Source: Tubulanus polymorphus (Eukaryota > Animalia > Nemertea). From it: a stretch of DNA of 64,000 nt. Shown here one piece after another: positions 1-13,706 of the stretch. The notes under the pieces were generated by a model that saw nothing but the letters and a program-made list of their open reading frames with translations, was not told the origin of the DNA and made no database searches. The stretch is from positions 20,087,245 to 20,151,244 of the forward strand of contig NC_134028.1 in assembly GCF_964204645.1 (NCBI RefSeq), read 5' to 3'. Each line of letters opens with the position of its first letter. Position 1 is the first letter of the stretch. Position numbers and translations under genes: made by a program.

Positions 1-593
1 ACTATTGCGTAGTACCATGGACTCAGTCAATGGTAGTACGTAATAAAGATAAGTCGGTGAAAGATATTCCAAGTGATGGTGTTGTTTTCTACCAATGTCT
101 GATATTGGTGATTGGTGTATCTAACCGAAATGTCCACAAATACAGCCAAATCATCGGCACAACCGTGGTTACATTTGGCGTATTCTAAAAGGAATTGCCT
201 TCAATTTAAATCCTTCGGTTTTGAATAGACACAATTTGCTAGCATGGGATATTTTGCATCCAGGAGATTTTTTTTTTTAGAATTCACCTCGAACTAATTG
301 GTAACTTAATAACTCAATACCGAGTCAACATGTGTTACGTTTCATGAATTTAAAACTCGAAATCTTAGAGTATCGAATATACAATTTAAAAAGCTTGTGC
401 TATCAATAGAGTATCAAATATCTCATCTAGAACCTGTAATTCAATGATAGAATATATAAGAGTTAATGCTCGTGCCAATATAATATATCTCGAATTCCCT
501 CCAGCTGATAAACCTCGGGTCCTTTACTCAGCGATGACGTCTGTTACGAATTCATCTGACGGGTCGTGCGTAAAAACTTTACCAATACGATAA

Positions 594-1552
594 ATGTACA
601 TCGATACGTTTTACGTCTATGGGATTGTATACGGCGCGCTATCGCTGGTCGGAATCGCATCGAACGTACTCACTATCGTTACGATCGAACGTTTGAAACG
701 AAAATCAGACTACGTATGCAAATTCGTAGCTTGTTTTGATTTATCGTTTCTCGTTTCGTTCGCGTTTTTGTACCCGATTCGGGCGTTGTACGTTTACGCG
801 ATTATGGGTGACGTCATGTTTCGTTTTTACGCGCTCAAATTCGGGGGTTGGATTTTGTTCATATTTTCATATATGTTTCTCTGGTTACAGACATCGAGGA
901 ATTGGTCGGTTGTTTTGCTCAGTGTTGATCGGCTAGTGGTTATTTCATTTCCGTTGCGAGCGGTGCGATTTTGGACATTAAGAAAACTACTATCAATTAT
1001 GATTTGTGTGGTTACCTTAAGCGCGTTGGCAAACTGGCATTATATTATACAAGGCTCATTCCCAGGACTTTATCACTGGCCTTGTCTTAGATTAGATATC
1101 CGTGTTCATACCCAGTACAGTGGTTATACACTCTTCAAATATACTGATTTTCTCACAAAACTCATCACAAATTGCACCAATTATGTTTACATGTTCATAA
1201 CGTCAATATTCCCTACTTGTTTTTTGATAGTTGTCAATTTTCTGTTAATGTTTGTTTTATATCGTGCGACCACAGCTCGACGGTCTCTTCGTCGAAGTGA
1301 TTCCGTCGCCCGCAACAATGTCATCGATATCCGCGCTCTCAGAAATGTCGTTGCGCTCGTCGCTTTTTTTCTAATTTGCGAAATCCCGGCCACAATGCCG
1401 CGACTTTTTGAAATAAACGGTTTTGTAATACGCGATTATAGATTGCGAGTAATGTTTTATCAATTCGCTCTCACTACAACGGTTTTCAATTCAGTCGGTA
1501 ATTTTTTCATCCTTATTTCTACCGATGATAGATTCCGTAGTTTCACACGATG

Positions 1553-1577
<25 letters not shown>
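594..1577 (+). CDS. Rhodopsin-like (class A) orphan GPCR, peptide/chemosensory-receptor-like, single exon; N-terminally truncated paralog
   Basis: Seven hydrophobic segments, with GIASN (TM1), SVDRLVVISFPLRA (DRY-like), FLICEIP (TM6), NSVGNFFI (TM7) and helix 8 DDRFR. An in-frame TAA lies immediately before the ATG, where the paralog has AAA. Confidence 0.85.
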
Positions 1578-2430
<853 letters not shown>

Positions 2431-2764
2431 CTCGTTACGAGGCCTATTTGTTAAAACCTATTAGATTAATAGGGTTCATATGTAATTTTCCTATTGTATT
2501 TTCAATGACAGTTGCGATCAAAATACAGCCACGAGAACTTAACTTTGTCTGTGGCCTCTCAATTAGAAAATCAATAGTTCCAACTTCGGCACGTGTCTAA
2601 TCAAAGGGTGGGGTAAGAGAGATTTAATAAAGTTATTCTAATTGACGCAACGATTAAAATTTTGAGATGCTCCTTTAGTCCATTCATCATTTAGTACAAG
2701 TGACAGTGAGAATGTTGAGTCAACACCTTGTGGCTACAAAAGATGTTAGATATGTCCTATTCTT

Positions 2765-3595
2765 AATCAAAGAAGAGGAGCTTGTGTAAATTGTTATGCA
2801 TAGCATGTTACAGCCTGGCACGTGGGGCTGTTAAGTAGACTTCCCTGGACACGAGAATGACCGATGCCCAATATTCATTGTTACCGTCACTGCCATGGCA
2901 ACTGTTTTATGTCCATATTCCAAAAAAGTGACCATATGGTCATTGGGGCTAGATTTTGGAATTCACATGATATATGTGTGGTATCTTATTGTCGGAAATT
3001 GAAGTAAACTTTACACGGTATCAGATTTTCTCGGAAAAATCTGCATTTGTTGAGATTTATTGCCATGGCGACTGCAAAATCTTTGATTTTCTCATTTTGT
3101 GTGTGTCTTTTCGGCAAATATAGTTACATATTTGATTTGCCTCACAGGTTTAAACAATTTTTCTATAACATCTTCTTCACATAATTTGGTGTATTTTGAA
3201 TATAACCTAAATTTAAATCACCCGTACGATACCAAAATATCCTCTCTTAAACACGGGAAACGAAGAGTCTGGAGTTACCATGTTTAGAAAGTTTTTTTTT
3301 ATGGAAACAGAGTTCCTCTCTCAAAGTAACTTTCTCATATCAAGAATGAATCGTGTTACACTAGCACCAGTGGCAAGTGGACCTACCTAAGATAGTGACT
3401 GGAACCAATCAAACACTATCGCCGTCATTGCCATGGCAGCCATTTTGTTTGCAAAAGATTGAAAAGGCATTTATATTCGTATCATTCTCTTTTCAGGCAA
3501 AATGTTTAAGTCTTCCGAATAGCCCCACATGCGATGCCAAGCTGTAACATGCCATGCATAACAACCCAGAATTCAAAACATAAGCTCCTCTACTA
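2765..3595. mobile_element. Non-autonomous DNA transposon-like element with long imperfect inverted ends
   Basis: ttgttatgcatagcatgttacagcctggca..gtggggctg (~2791-2830) is the reverse complement of agccccacat..tgccaagctgtaacatgccatgcataacaa (~3521-3563). The motif tgccatggc recurs internally at ~2891, 3061 and 3429. Confidence 0.6.
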
Positions 3596-5691
3596 TCAGG
3601 ATGAAAGGTTTTACAGTACGGTTACAGTCGACAAATTCTACAAACTTTCGATTGTAATTCAAACAAGAGGTCCATGGGCGTTGAAGTGTCGGTTATAATG
3701 TTATGCATAGAATGTATAACCAGGTGACATCACCATTCTTGGAAAAATACCTTTTTCCATTCTGACTTAAAGAACACAGTGACCAAATGTGTAAAATAAT
3801 TTCTATCGGTATACGACCGCAGTAACTTAAAAGAGACGTAACCGATTTTACCAGCATGCGTTTGTTTTTCCGGGGAGAAGGGCACTATACTAAATATTTG
3901 CGGCCTAGACAGCAAATAAAAGAAAACAGTCCAAAGATTATTTTTTTCAGGGCTAATAAACCGCTCGAACCTTCTGAACAGCCACAGCAAACACCCCTCA
4001 GAGTTGAAGAATATGGCAATTGAATAACTTATTGAAACTAATTATTGAAAATCTTTTTATTGCTATATTTAATGTTTTTGACGAAAGTTTTTAACGAAAA
4101 GTTTACATTGCATATAGGCACAATGACAGGTAATCTGTCAACATTCTATGAGTTGTATAACAATATTGATAAAAAGATTTGAGCACAAACATAGGAACTT
4201 TTAGCTGTTTCATTAAGATAATGACCATTGCAAAATCTATTGTAGCAGGACGTTTCGACATAAAACAGTGTAGCCTCATCTACACTTACAATGTACAGCA
4301 GTTATTTTAATAAGCACAAAATTGCAATGAAATTTTTGAATATAGTGAGTATACTGAATTGATCCGCAGCTAGAATTTAAGTCGACACCAAAGAAAAATC
4401 GTTAAACACTTCGGACTATCAACAATACGTCAACATCGCTTTGTTATTTTTCACCACATCTAGTACATAGCACCAGAACGAATTGATTAATGGTGTTGAT
4501 AGGCATTCGTGTGTGAGGCATATTTAAACTATCTACTCCCTCTATGTGGTCGGACCAAATTCATGCAGTCTTTAGTTCTTTGGCAACTTGATGAAACATA
4601 ATCTCTTTAACTTGATATTTGGTTGACCTGAGAATTATTTCGCATGTTACTGATGTGTATACTATTCAATTATTTCGAGTCAATTATTTCAATTTACGAT
4701 AAATTAAGAGTATATATTATCCTCTGCAAAAATGCATGCCCAATGCTATACAGCAGACATCTACCCATGTTTTCAGCTTAGTGTTTGATATCGATCAGAA
4801 CTACATTCGCAGAAAATTATTGAAATCTAATATCAGATATTTGTACACTAACGTTTGAAAGTGGATTCAAATTCCATTCACACAACGTGGCTGAATGAAA
4901 TTAGAAAATTCAGGACGTACGCATTACATAGATAGATAAAGTCAGTCGATTATTTGATCTGATAATTTAATAACATATTTTCGACTTCTGTGAAGGTAAA
5001 CTAATTTAATGTTCTAATCATTGTAATTGAAAGTCGATTAAGATCTGATCGACAAATTAAAATCAGCAACGAATTAACAGTGATATATAGATTAATTACC
5101 CCAGTAATTAGTTCTAAATTAGCATAGATACAATGGCACCAATTTGTATCACAAAAACACATCATCTAATCATCAACTCAAGAAGGCTTTTGCCCATATT
5201 GTCAAAATCTAGAATCCTTGTGACTTCATCCCTCAAACAGCAGGTCCCCGAAGCATCCAGGAATTTCGTATGAACCCATAAAAACCTTAAACACCTTCAT
5301 ACATGGTCAAATTGAATGGACATGATAGTGTTCGTCGATATCATCAGAAAGGGCAGCATCTCATGCTGCTTTTGATATCGCGGATATTCGTCACCGTGAA
5401 CTGGTGCAACCTTTGGGGGAAATCTTTTTCCCAATGGCAACGGTCTAGTAAATGATTTAATATACATAAAAACTCTCATTCAAGTTGCCTAGACGGAACC
5501 TCATAGAACAACAACAACAGAATATACGAGTGACATGTATATCAAGGAAATCAATTTCTATAACCATCCAATGGGACAACGATGGTTGACCTAATAGTAG
5601 AATGTGTTTTCTGTAGAATTCATAGACCAGTTTGGAAATTTTTGTCAAACGTCAAACGATTCAAGGTGGCTTTATTTGCAAGATACTAGAT

Positions 5692-7677
5692 ATGGCAGCT
5701 AAACCGAATATACTGGAGATATTAGCAAAACGCATAATCATTGGCGACGGTAGTTACATGAATACATTCGAAAAAAGAGGATATGTGACTGCTGGGCTGT
5801 ATACTCCTGAATGCGTTCTAGAACATCCTGACGCCGGTAGGTTTTACATGTTTCTGACTTATTTCTACCCACATCCCAACTTTACCCGATCAATTTTAGC
5901 ACACCTTCCTGTCTGCAACAAAATCTATAGTTTTGTGGGCATCATTTTGAATTAAAACAATGACGAACTACGAGGCATCTGCCAGAAAAAACGTCCTTTA
6001 AAATAACCGTTGGGTTATCTTCAAGTCAAAACGGATTAGCCGATAAAAGAAAAATCATTAATTTGCCATTTTTCAGTCAGTGGTTTACATAAAGAATTTG
6101 CTCGAGCTGGAGCTGATGTAATGCAAGCATTCACTTTTCATGCGACGGATGGAATGCTTCAATGTAGTGAGTCGGCCAAAAATTATAACGTAGGTTGTGG
6201 TCTTTATCTATCTCACTCTTATTCAACTATTCAGTATTTCTATTCAACTATTCAGTCATACAAATTGTACTGAATGGTTAGTGCTAAGGTATTGATGTAC
6301 ATATCTATAATTTATCTTAGACATCTGAAATAAACCGTGCGGCGTGCGATCTTGCACGTAATGTTGCCACATCATACAATCTACTAGTTTGCGGAGGTTT
6401 GTCGCCTACACCGACATATACAGCTGGAAAAGGGAAGGCAGCAGTTCAAGCAGAATTCGAAAAGCAATGCCAAGTGTTCAAAGAAAAGGATGTCGATTTC
6501 TTTATAGCGGAGGTAAAATTCTACTATTCAAGACAAAGATGGTATTCATTGGTATTTTACATTGGAATTTCACTATCAACAAATCGAACATTTGCATAAC
6601 ACTGTAGTGTCGAATGTATACATGTATTTTTCGAATCCAGTTTTTCTGTTCAATCGAAGAGATTGAGTGGGCGATTGATGTCATGAAGAAATACAACAAA
6701 CCTATAGCGTGTACGATGAGAATAGGCCCAGTTGGGTGTATGGATGGAATCAGTGCAGGAGAATGTGCAGTTAGAATGGCTAAACGAGGTGTAAAATCAT
6801 GCCCTCACTCTAGATACATCCCTCTTAATATACGTTATTTTTCAAACATGTTTCAATGTCGTGCAAAGTTTAGTAAATCATAATCGTAGGTGTTTGTTTT
6901 CAATCACCCAGGGGCCGATATTGTGGGTTTAAATTGCCAGTTTGATTATAACGCGCAACTGAAAACGATGAAATTGATGAAAGATGCCCTGAATGAAGCT
7001 GGTTTATCTCCATTTCTGATGATGCAGCCAATCGGATTCCTTTCTCCTGAAACTGAGTATCTAGTTGAAGGATATTCTCAACTACCCGAGTACTTGTTAG
7101 GTGAGCTGAAATAACAATTGGATCGTCTCGATATTGAAATAAGTAATATTTAGATGCTTTTTCATTTTCAGCGATGGAACCACGCATTCTTACTCGTTGG
7201 GAATGTAGAGACTATGCCCGTAAAGCTTATGAACTTGGAGTGAGGTACATCGGAGGATGTTGCGGATTCGAGAGTTATCATATTCGTGAAATGGCCGAAG
7301 AGGTTTGTACACGAAATGTTGCATTGCATTTCGATATCAAAATCACATTGCGAAATCCATTCGCATGATAATTCACATTATAATTACAGTTGTCCGAGGA
7401 ACGAGGATTCAGACCACCCGGAAAAGATCATAATTTACCATTCGCGGCTGGATATGGACAGAGTGTATATGAACATGATCGTCAAAAGTAAACTGATAGC
7501 CGGATAATCCTGACGTTTTTATACCAGTATCCACATTGCGCGGAAGCGTCTCTGTATATATCATGCTCTTTTATTTATTGCAGACACGGTAGAGATTATT
7601 GGATGAATCTAATCCCTAAAACCGGTCGTCCAAACAGCGCTGCTTACAACTCAAAAAAGGAACTCATTCATTTGTAA
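5692..7677 (+). CDS. BHMT: Betaine-homocysteine S-methyltransferase family protein, 8 coding exons
   Basis: Exons 5692-5836, 6077-6189, 6321-6512, 6641-6788, 6912-7100, 7172-7302, 7390-7487 and 7584-7677 with GT-AG introns join in frame. Motifs: [51 protein letters not shown] (Zn ligands) and [12 protein letters not shown]. Confidence 0.95.
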
Positions 7678-8645
7678 CAACAAACCCATTATGTTTTTTG
7701 TATCGATTGTGTGATTATAGTATTGGTCCATTTGTAATCATGTAACATTTTTGTTTTTTCTTTCAATTTCTTTATCCTGTGAGTATCTTTCTTCTTAGTA
7801 TGAACTGACACGATGAATAACTAAATTAATGTACAACCTATGCCTTCATCTCCCAAATAACGATAGTGATCGTGCGAACGCCTAGTTTTCCCGATGATAA
7901 CTTTTTCCTTCTCTGATAGGGATATTTGGAGAAAGTTCATTACATTCAGGAAAGGCCTGATGATTAAGAGTCGAAACGATAGGTACAAGGAAACAAGTCC
8001 CATCAGTATCACTTTGGTGATCTGGTTTAATATCTGAGTATGCCGAACTAAGCCATTAGCTGTCCTCATGTGTTGTCAAAAGTTGAAGATTCTCAATGTC
8101 GCCCTGGTCCAAATACTTACGTATGTAATCATTGGCAGGTATCCCTCGCAATTTAGAGAATGAAATCAAACTAAGTTAATATTAAACAGCTATACTTCGT
8201 GACGGAAATTCAGATATAGATTTGGTGGAATTATCCTCAGGCTTCATTCAAAATCTCCCATTTACTTTTATTGGTTGGTCTAGTCAATTTTGGTATAGGA
8301 TATCGACCCACTAACTCCCTTACCCGTAATGCTTCCCTTGAAAAAACCTTTCCCGGTCATTGGACACCGTCTGGAACAACTGGGAACTCGTTTCATCTGC
8401 CCACCGGTTTCCGGGGGCACTGCAAACTGCGAACCGTCAATGAAATCAATACATCACTACATTCATTTATAATGCCGACTCGAATTATCTATTTGCATTT
8501 ATAAACAAATAATTGACACAAATTTGAATCGTATAGAACAAGGAAACCCGAAACCTAGAACTGAATTAGAATTAGAACATAGATCTTCTAGTATGATAGA
8601 ATGTTACTCGAATTATCCATCATTTCCGTGGCATTTTCTAGTTTT

Positions 8646-9383
8646 CTAGTTTCTCATTTGTTTCAAGCCTGTTCTCGAAGATCTAAAATTTTTTCTTAGA
8701 TCTTTCACATTGTTTCTTGCGAAATCATTAGTCAGCGAGCTGCCCTTTCTAGAATTGAAGACCCTCGGCGAAGAGTCACCTTGTCGACCTGGTAGGTGCT
8801 TGATATCGCGTTTGACGATAGACTTGCAATTCAATTTGCTCAGTGGTCCCGATATGGCCTTGTCGTAACACTCGAAAGGACGAGATGATGCCTGCCAATC
8901 AAACAAACACAATTGAAAATGCTTTTTCTTTGGTGAACCTTTCAAATACAACACTGATAATCACTATTATAAGAATACTAAGAGGTTATAAATAATTGCG
9001 ACTTTTTCCAGTCTTGAATTGCGTAAAAACCCACAATATAGATCCAAAACAACAGCTACTATTTCATTCTAACGTTTGGGGTGGGATACTTCAACCCATA
9101 TTCAGAGATTTGTTTCAGATACCGAGAGTTATTTCTGTTAATTCGTCTTTCCATGAGGAATATCAACTGCACATAGGACCAATGAGGTTTGTAGACTTTA
9201 GGTTCATAAGTTAAGCTACGATGGATTATTGGATCATTATTGACGAAATGCTTCGACGATTAACAAACGGCGTTTCCTCATCATGGACATATATTTACCT
9301 TGCTACGTGTACTTTCATATAATGGCATCGGTTGAAACCCAGAAAACCGCCAAAAAAATCACCAAAAAACTTATCAATTTCAT
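8646..9383 (-). pseudogene. Secreted cationic protein family, copy A (probable pseudogene)
   Basis: Exon 9383-9299 encodes MKLISFLVIFLAVFWVSTDAI, then a +1 insertion gives TGA. The donor aag|gtaaat is intact. Exon 8891-8646 is open (ASSRPFECYDKAISGPLSKLNC...LKQMRN*). The TATA box is mutated to TACAAAA (~9582-9588). Confidence 0.75.
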
Positions 9384-9939
9384 GTTGTTTCCAAAAACTG
9401 CAATCAGATCATTGAAATAGAGACTGGTTCCCGGCTAAGCCAGAACAAGAGACTGGTTCCCGACTTTGCCAGAACATGGATATTTTGCGTAAATGATCTT
9501 ACCTGTATGATGTGTGTTGAGATTTAACGTGCTGTTGAAGCGACCGACGAATGTTTCATTTTGTCGATTAAATCTTGCGAGTTTTGTACATACATTGGGC
9601 TGAATGATATTTAAACAGAAGTTGCTGAACGGCCTCGGAATTAGCACTTCACTGTACTATAGATTTGATTCCAACTATTTACAGGATCGATTCGATTATT
9701 TTTGCCATGTTTAATCTGTGTGATTTGTTTACAGTCGTTGCTGGAAATTTGAAGTACGATGGAGGTTGTACATTTTTCATCCACACAATGAAATAAAATC
9801 CTGTAAAAGACTTAATATGAACTGTAGATTCAAATATTAACCAAACTTCGCCCGGTTCCACAATTCTTCTGAAGAGTCAACTTGACGAAAATGAATCCAT
9901 TGTAACACTTGAATCAAATTCAACCGAACTTTGTCCAGG

Positions 9940-10630
9940 ACTGTGGAATTAGACCCTAGATAAGCAAGTCCAGAAGTGTTGAACTGGGTCCGAAGCTGCC
10001 GAAGTATGCCCAGCACACTTAGATCTTGATTCACAACTTTCTGAATAAGTAGGTCTATGAGTTTGGAACTGTGTCCACAATTCAAGAAGTAGGACCTGGA
10101 CTGTGTAACAAGGTCCACACACTGTAAAGTAGGTCCAGAAGTTTTGAACTGGGTCCACAACTGTAGATGTAGATCCAGAAGTTTTGAACTGGGTCCATAA
10201 CTGTAGATGTAGGACCCGAACTGAGGAATTAGCTCTGCAACTATAGAATTAGGTCCACAATGTGGAACTGGTTCTTCAACTGTATAAGCAGGTCCAAAAC
10301 TGTGGAACTGGATCCAAAACTGTAGGAGTAGGTCCAGAACTGGGACTGGATCCACAAGTGAAGTAGGCCCAGAACTGTGGAACTGGGTTCACAACTGTAA
10401 AGGTACGTCCACAACTGTGGAACTGGGACCACAACTATGGACGTAGGTCTCAGAACAGGGTAACTTGGTCTACAATTGCAAGTTCCATGCAGAACTATGG
10501 AACTTGGTCAACAACTGTGAAAATGGACCCAGAACTGTGGAGCGGTATACTGTGGAACTGGATCTAGTTTTATGGAACTTGGTCAAGGAATGCGGAACTA
10601 TGTGACTGCAGAATTGGGTCTCAACCTGAA
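9940..10630 (+). repeat. Minisatellite of ~20-bp subunits in a ~40-bp dimer (actgtggaactgggtccaca / actgtagaagtaggtccaga)
   Basis: Degenerate tandem copies read directly. Confidence 0.9.
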
Positions 10631-10754
10631 AAAGCTCGAAGTTTTGAATTAAAAAGCTATTCGATATTGTGCATTTTCTGTATTCGCAGTTAAATCGACG
10701 AGAACTTGCTCAATTTGGTGAAAAAACTAATTACGCCAATTGTTGAGACAACTG

Positions 10755-11365
10755 GTGTTGAGACAAAATTATATTTTAATAACGTTGATATTTGAGTTCA
10801 CACAGTTCACTTGTCCCTAACGCTAACGCAGTGTATATCCCATGAACAAACAAACGACCATTCAGACTAAACGACACGTTGTATTGCAAGATCATATCGT
10901 TAATCTTTTCATTCTTTTCATTCGAACAAAATGTTTTCGTGGGGACGACACTTTTTTCGTTCTAACGAAACATGTTTTAATAGGAGGCATTCCGCCTGAC
11001 CCCTGACTCCATGGAGGGGGGTCAAACAGATTATAAAAGAGATCAGTGCCATTTGTCAGTAAAAGACCAATTCCGTGACAACCTAATATCCATTTATCCT
11101 CCTAATATATGTTACTAACCCTTTATGTATAGAAAGTAGCAGAATAATTGTATGATTCTCATTTCGTCATATTTAATAAGTTGGTTATAACAGAATGTTA
11201 CCTGAACCCAGCATCAACTACTAGTGGGTCGATTACGAATTTGGAATTATAGTATTAAGTTTAACACCCCAATCAGGAATACCCCTCGAAAATCACATGA
11301 CCATAGCCCTTAACGTTCATACATATATCATTCGAGTCAAAAATTGTAGCATTCCTCATTGTAAG
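10755..11365 (+). repeat. Block duplicated in inverted orientation at ~15200-15860
   Basis: gtgttgagacaaaatt...ttcacacagttcacttgtccctaacgct pairs with agcgttagggacaagtgaactgtgtgaa...aattttgtctcaacac. Confidence 0.85.
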
Positions 11366-11879
11366 AATAAAAATCCCCCCGCCTACTGGAGTAAGGGGGT
11401 TGGCAATCTCCATGAGTTGCCTGGGGGTTGTTATTCTGGGGCAATTCGAAGGTGAGGTGTTATTTTTGGGGCTCATTTTGCGAAGGGTTATTGTCTGAGG
11501 GGTAATTTTGCGAAGGCTTTTTAGAAGGCTTGGGGGTAAGAACACTTGAGTTGGGGCTAATATCGCTTTGAGCGTTATGTTAGGATTTGAATAAGATCTA
11601 CTAATTCGCTAATCACACACATGATTGTAACTAGTTACGAGCTTCCCGCTATCCGTGCAACGGTGGAGTGTCTGTGCCTTAATTAGGAGTGCGAGTAATG
11701 GGCAAGACACCCCAAACCTCTTCTTCTGATCCTAACCCACAGTGTTTAGTTAGAAACACAGTGTTTAGTTTGTTACAATATTTTCCACCATGTCACACAT
11801 TTTGGTTTCCACGAAAAAATTATTTAGTTTCTACGTCGCAAAACATTTCGATCGGACAAAAGTTTAAAAAAAACCACAA

Positions 11880-12090
11880 CCTAACCCGACATAAACCGCA
11901 ATCTTTAAAATCAACTTCATTTCACCTTGAAAAATTGCATTATACAATCGCCTTTCCGCATTTTTAAATACAAATTTTGTGATTCAGAAAATATAGACTA
12001 TTTTTACTGATCGAGCGCAATCAGGAACAAGGTCGAATTCTACACCAGCTCTCGGGGTCATAGTATAATCGAAAACATGTGTAATAAGTG
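11880..12090 (+). repeat. Block duplicated in inverted orientation at ~14640-14880
   Basis: aaaccgcaatctttaaaatcaacttcatttcaccttgaaaaa pairs with tttttcaaggtgaaatgaaggtgattttaaagattgcggttt. Confidence 0.8.
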
Positions 12091-12247
12091 CGGCCTTGCA
12101 ATACAATAAGTTTGAATGGTCGTGTGTTTGATGATGCTCTGTCTGTTCGGGCTACGGACAAGTTATTATTATTTTTTTCATTTTTATTATTCTTTATTTT
12201 GTGAACTGTGTAAATTCAAATTTCAGCGTCAGAAGATTATTTCGTCT

Positions 12248-12470
12248 TAACACCGTCCGCGGCGTAGTCAGACGGTACCCCTAGACTGTCATACAGTTAA
12301 AAATTCTTTAGATTTTCTCAAGTTAAAAATTTTTATCATGCAGATTCTTTCGGGCAAATCAAAATGTCGCAGAAACTTTTACACATGACTTGGATGATTC
12401 CTATAGAGGGTATCTGATCAAAGCCATCATCTACGAATAATCAATAGTCGGTTTGAATAGAACCTAACTC
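12248..12470 (+). repeat. Block repeated in direct orientation at ~15855-16070
   Basis: aacaccgtcc..tagtcagacggtacccctagactg and the downstream sequence are shared. Confidence 0.8.
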
Positions 12471-12659
12471 GTGATCAATACAATCAATGATTTTATTGAT
12501 ATTTACGACTGTTTAAACGTTTGGCGTAATTAGTTTTTTCGCCGATTTTCCCCAAATTGAATTGAACAAGATCGCGTAAATTTCAACTGCATATACAGAA
12601 AACACACGATATAGAATAGATTCTTATGTCAAAACTTCGAACTTTTCCAAGAGAGCCAA

Positions 12660-13250
12660 TCCCGCAGTTTTTCACAGTTTTCAGTTCGATACTCCTGGGC
12701 CAAGTTCCATAAAACTAGATCCATTTCCACAGTTTTGGATCCATTTCCACAGTTTTGGACCAAGTTCTGAAAACTTTCTTAGTACAGTTGTCCCGGTTCC
12801 ACAGTCTTGGTGTAGACCTAATTTTTGGAACGAGTTCCACAGGAATGCACCTTCCTTACTTGTCGACCTAGTTCCGTACTGGGCCCATTCTACGGTTTTG
12901 GATCCAGTTCCACAGTTTTGGACATGTTTCTACAGTTGTAGAGCAAGTTCCACAATTCTGGACCTACTTTCTTCAGTTGTCGACGCAGTTCCATTGTTCT
13001 GTACCTACTTTTACAGTTGTGTACCAAGTTCCACACAGTTGTTGTTGTTCTACAGTTGTTGATCCAGATACACCGTGTTTTGGACCTATATTTTATTCTA
13101 CAGTTTTTCACACTTCAGGACTTGCTTACTTAGGAACCAGTTCCACAGCCCTGAACAAAGTTCTTAAGTTTGGTTTTACTTGAGTCAAGAGTTGAAATGA
13201 GTTCATTTTCAATTACTAGATTTACTGTGGAATTGTGGAACTGTGGAACC
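12660..13250 (-). repeat. Minisatellite (same ~20/40-bp family, opposite orientation) upstream of copy B
   Basis: Units such as tggatccagttccacagt and tggacctacttt.tacagt. Confidence 0.85.
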
Positions 13251-13706
13251 GGATGCAATTTGGTTAATATTTGAATATACAGTTCATAAACAAGCCTTTT
13301 ACAAGATTTTATTCATGTGAGGATGAAAAATGTAAAACCTCCATCGTCCTTCAAATTCCCAGCAATATACAGTAGAAAAACAGGGGCAGACAGATTAAAC
13401 AAAGCAAAAATAATCGAATCTATCCTGTAAATAGTTGGAATTGAATCTACTGAGTGGGATATATAATGTGAAATCGTTCAGCAACTTCTGATCAAATATT
13501 ATTCATCCCAAAATATGTATAAAACTGGCAGAATTCAATCGACAAAATGAGACATTCGTCAGTCACTTCAACAGCACGTTAAATCTCAACACATCATACA
13601 GGTAATATCTGTAGTTCTGAAACAGCCGGGGACCAGTCTCCAGTTCTGACACTGCCGGACACCAGTCTCTATTTCTATGATCTGATTGCAGTTTTCCAGA
13701 GACAAC

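Larger units (their letters stand above)
8361..10740 (-). repeat. Duplicated cassette copy A (gene, promoter and upstream minisatellite), inverted relative to copies B and C
   Basis: For example, 8391-8470 is the reverse complement of 14418-14491 and ~18143-18215, and 9320-9900 matches 13200-13770 and 17050-17520. Confidence 0.9.

Noticed and set aside
7955-7985. ctgatga...gaaac hammerhead-like motif
   Set aside because: Neither stem II nor stem I can be formed convincingly.
8892-8954. N-terminal part of ORF 8646-8954 (MLYLKG...DWQ)
   Set aside because: It is intronic. The real exon starts after the acceptor at 8892, as in paralog C.
9940-10630. Regular repeat array resembling CRISPR, and ORFs 9837-10355, 9949-10158, 10241-10432, 12890-13183 and 16294-16495
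   Set aside because: There are no unique spacers or cas genes and the context is eukaryotic. These are degenerate tandem minisatellites, and the ORFs are by-products.
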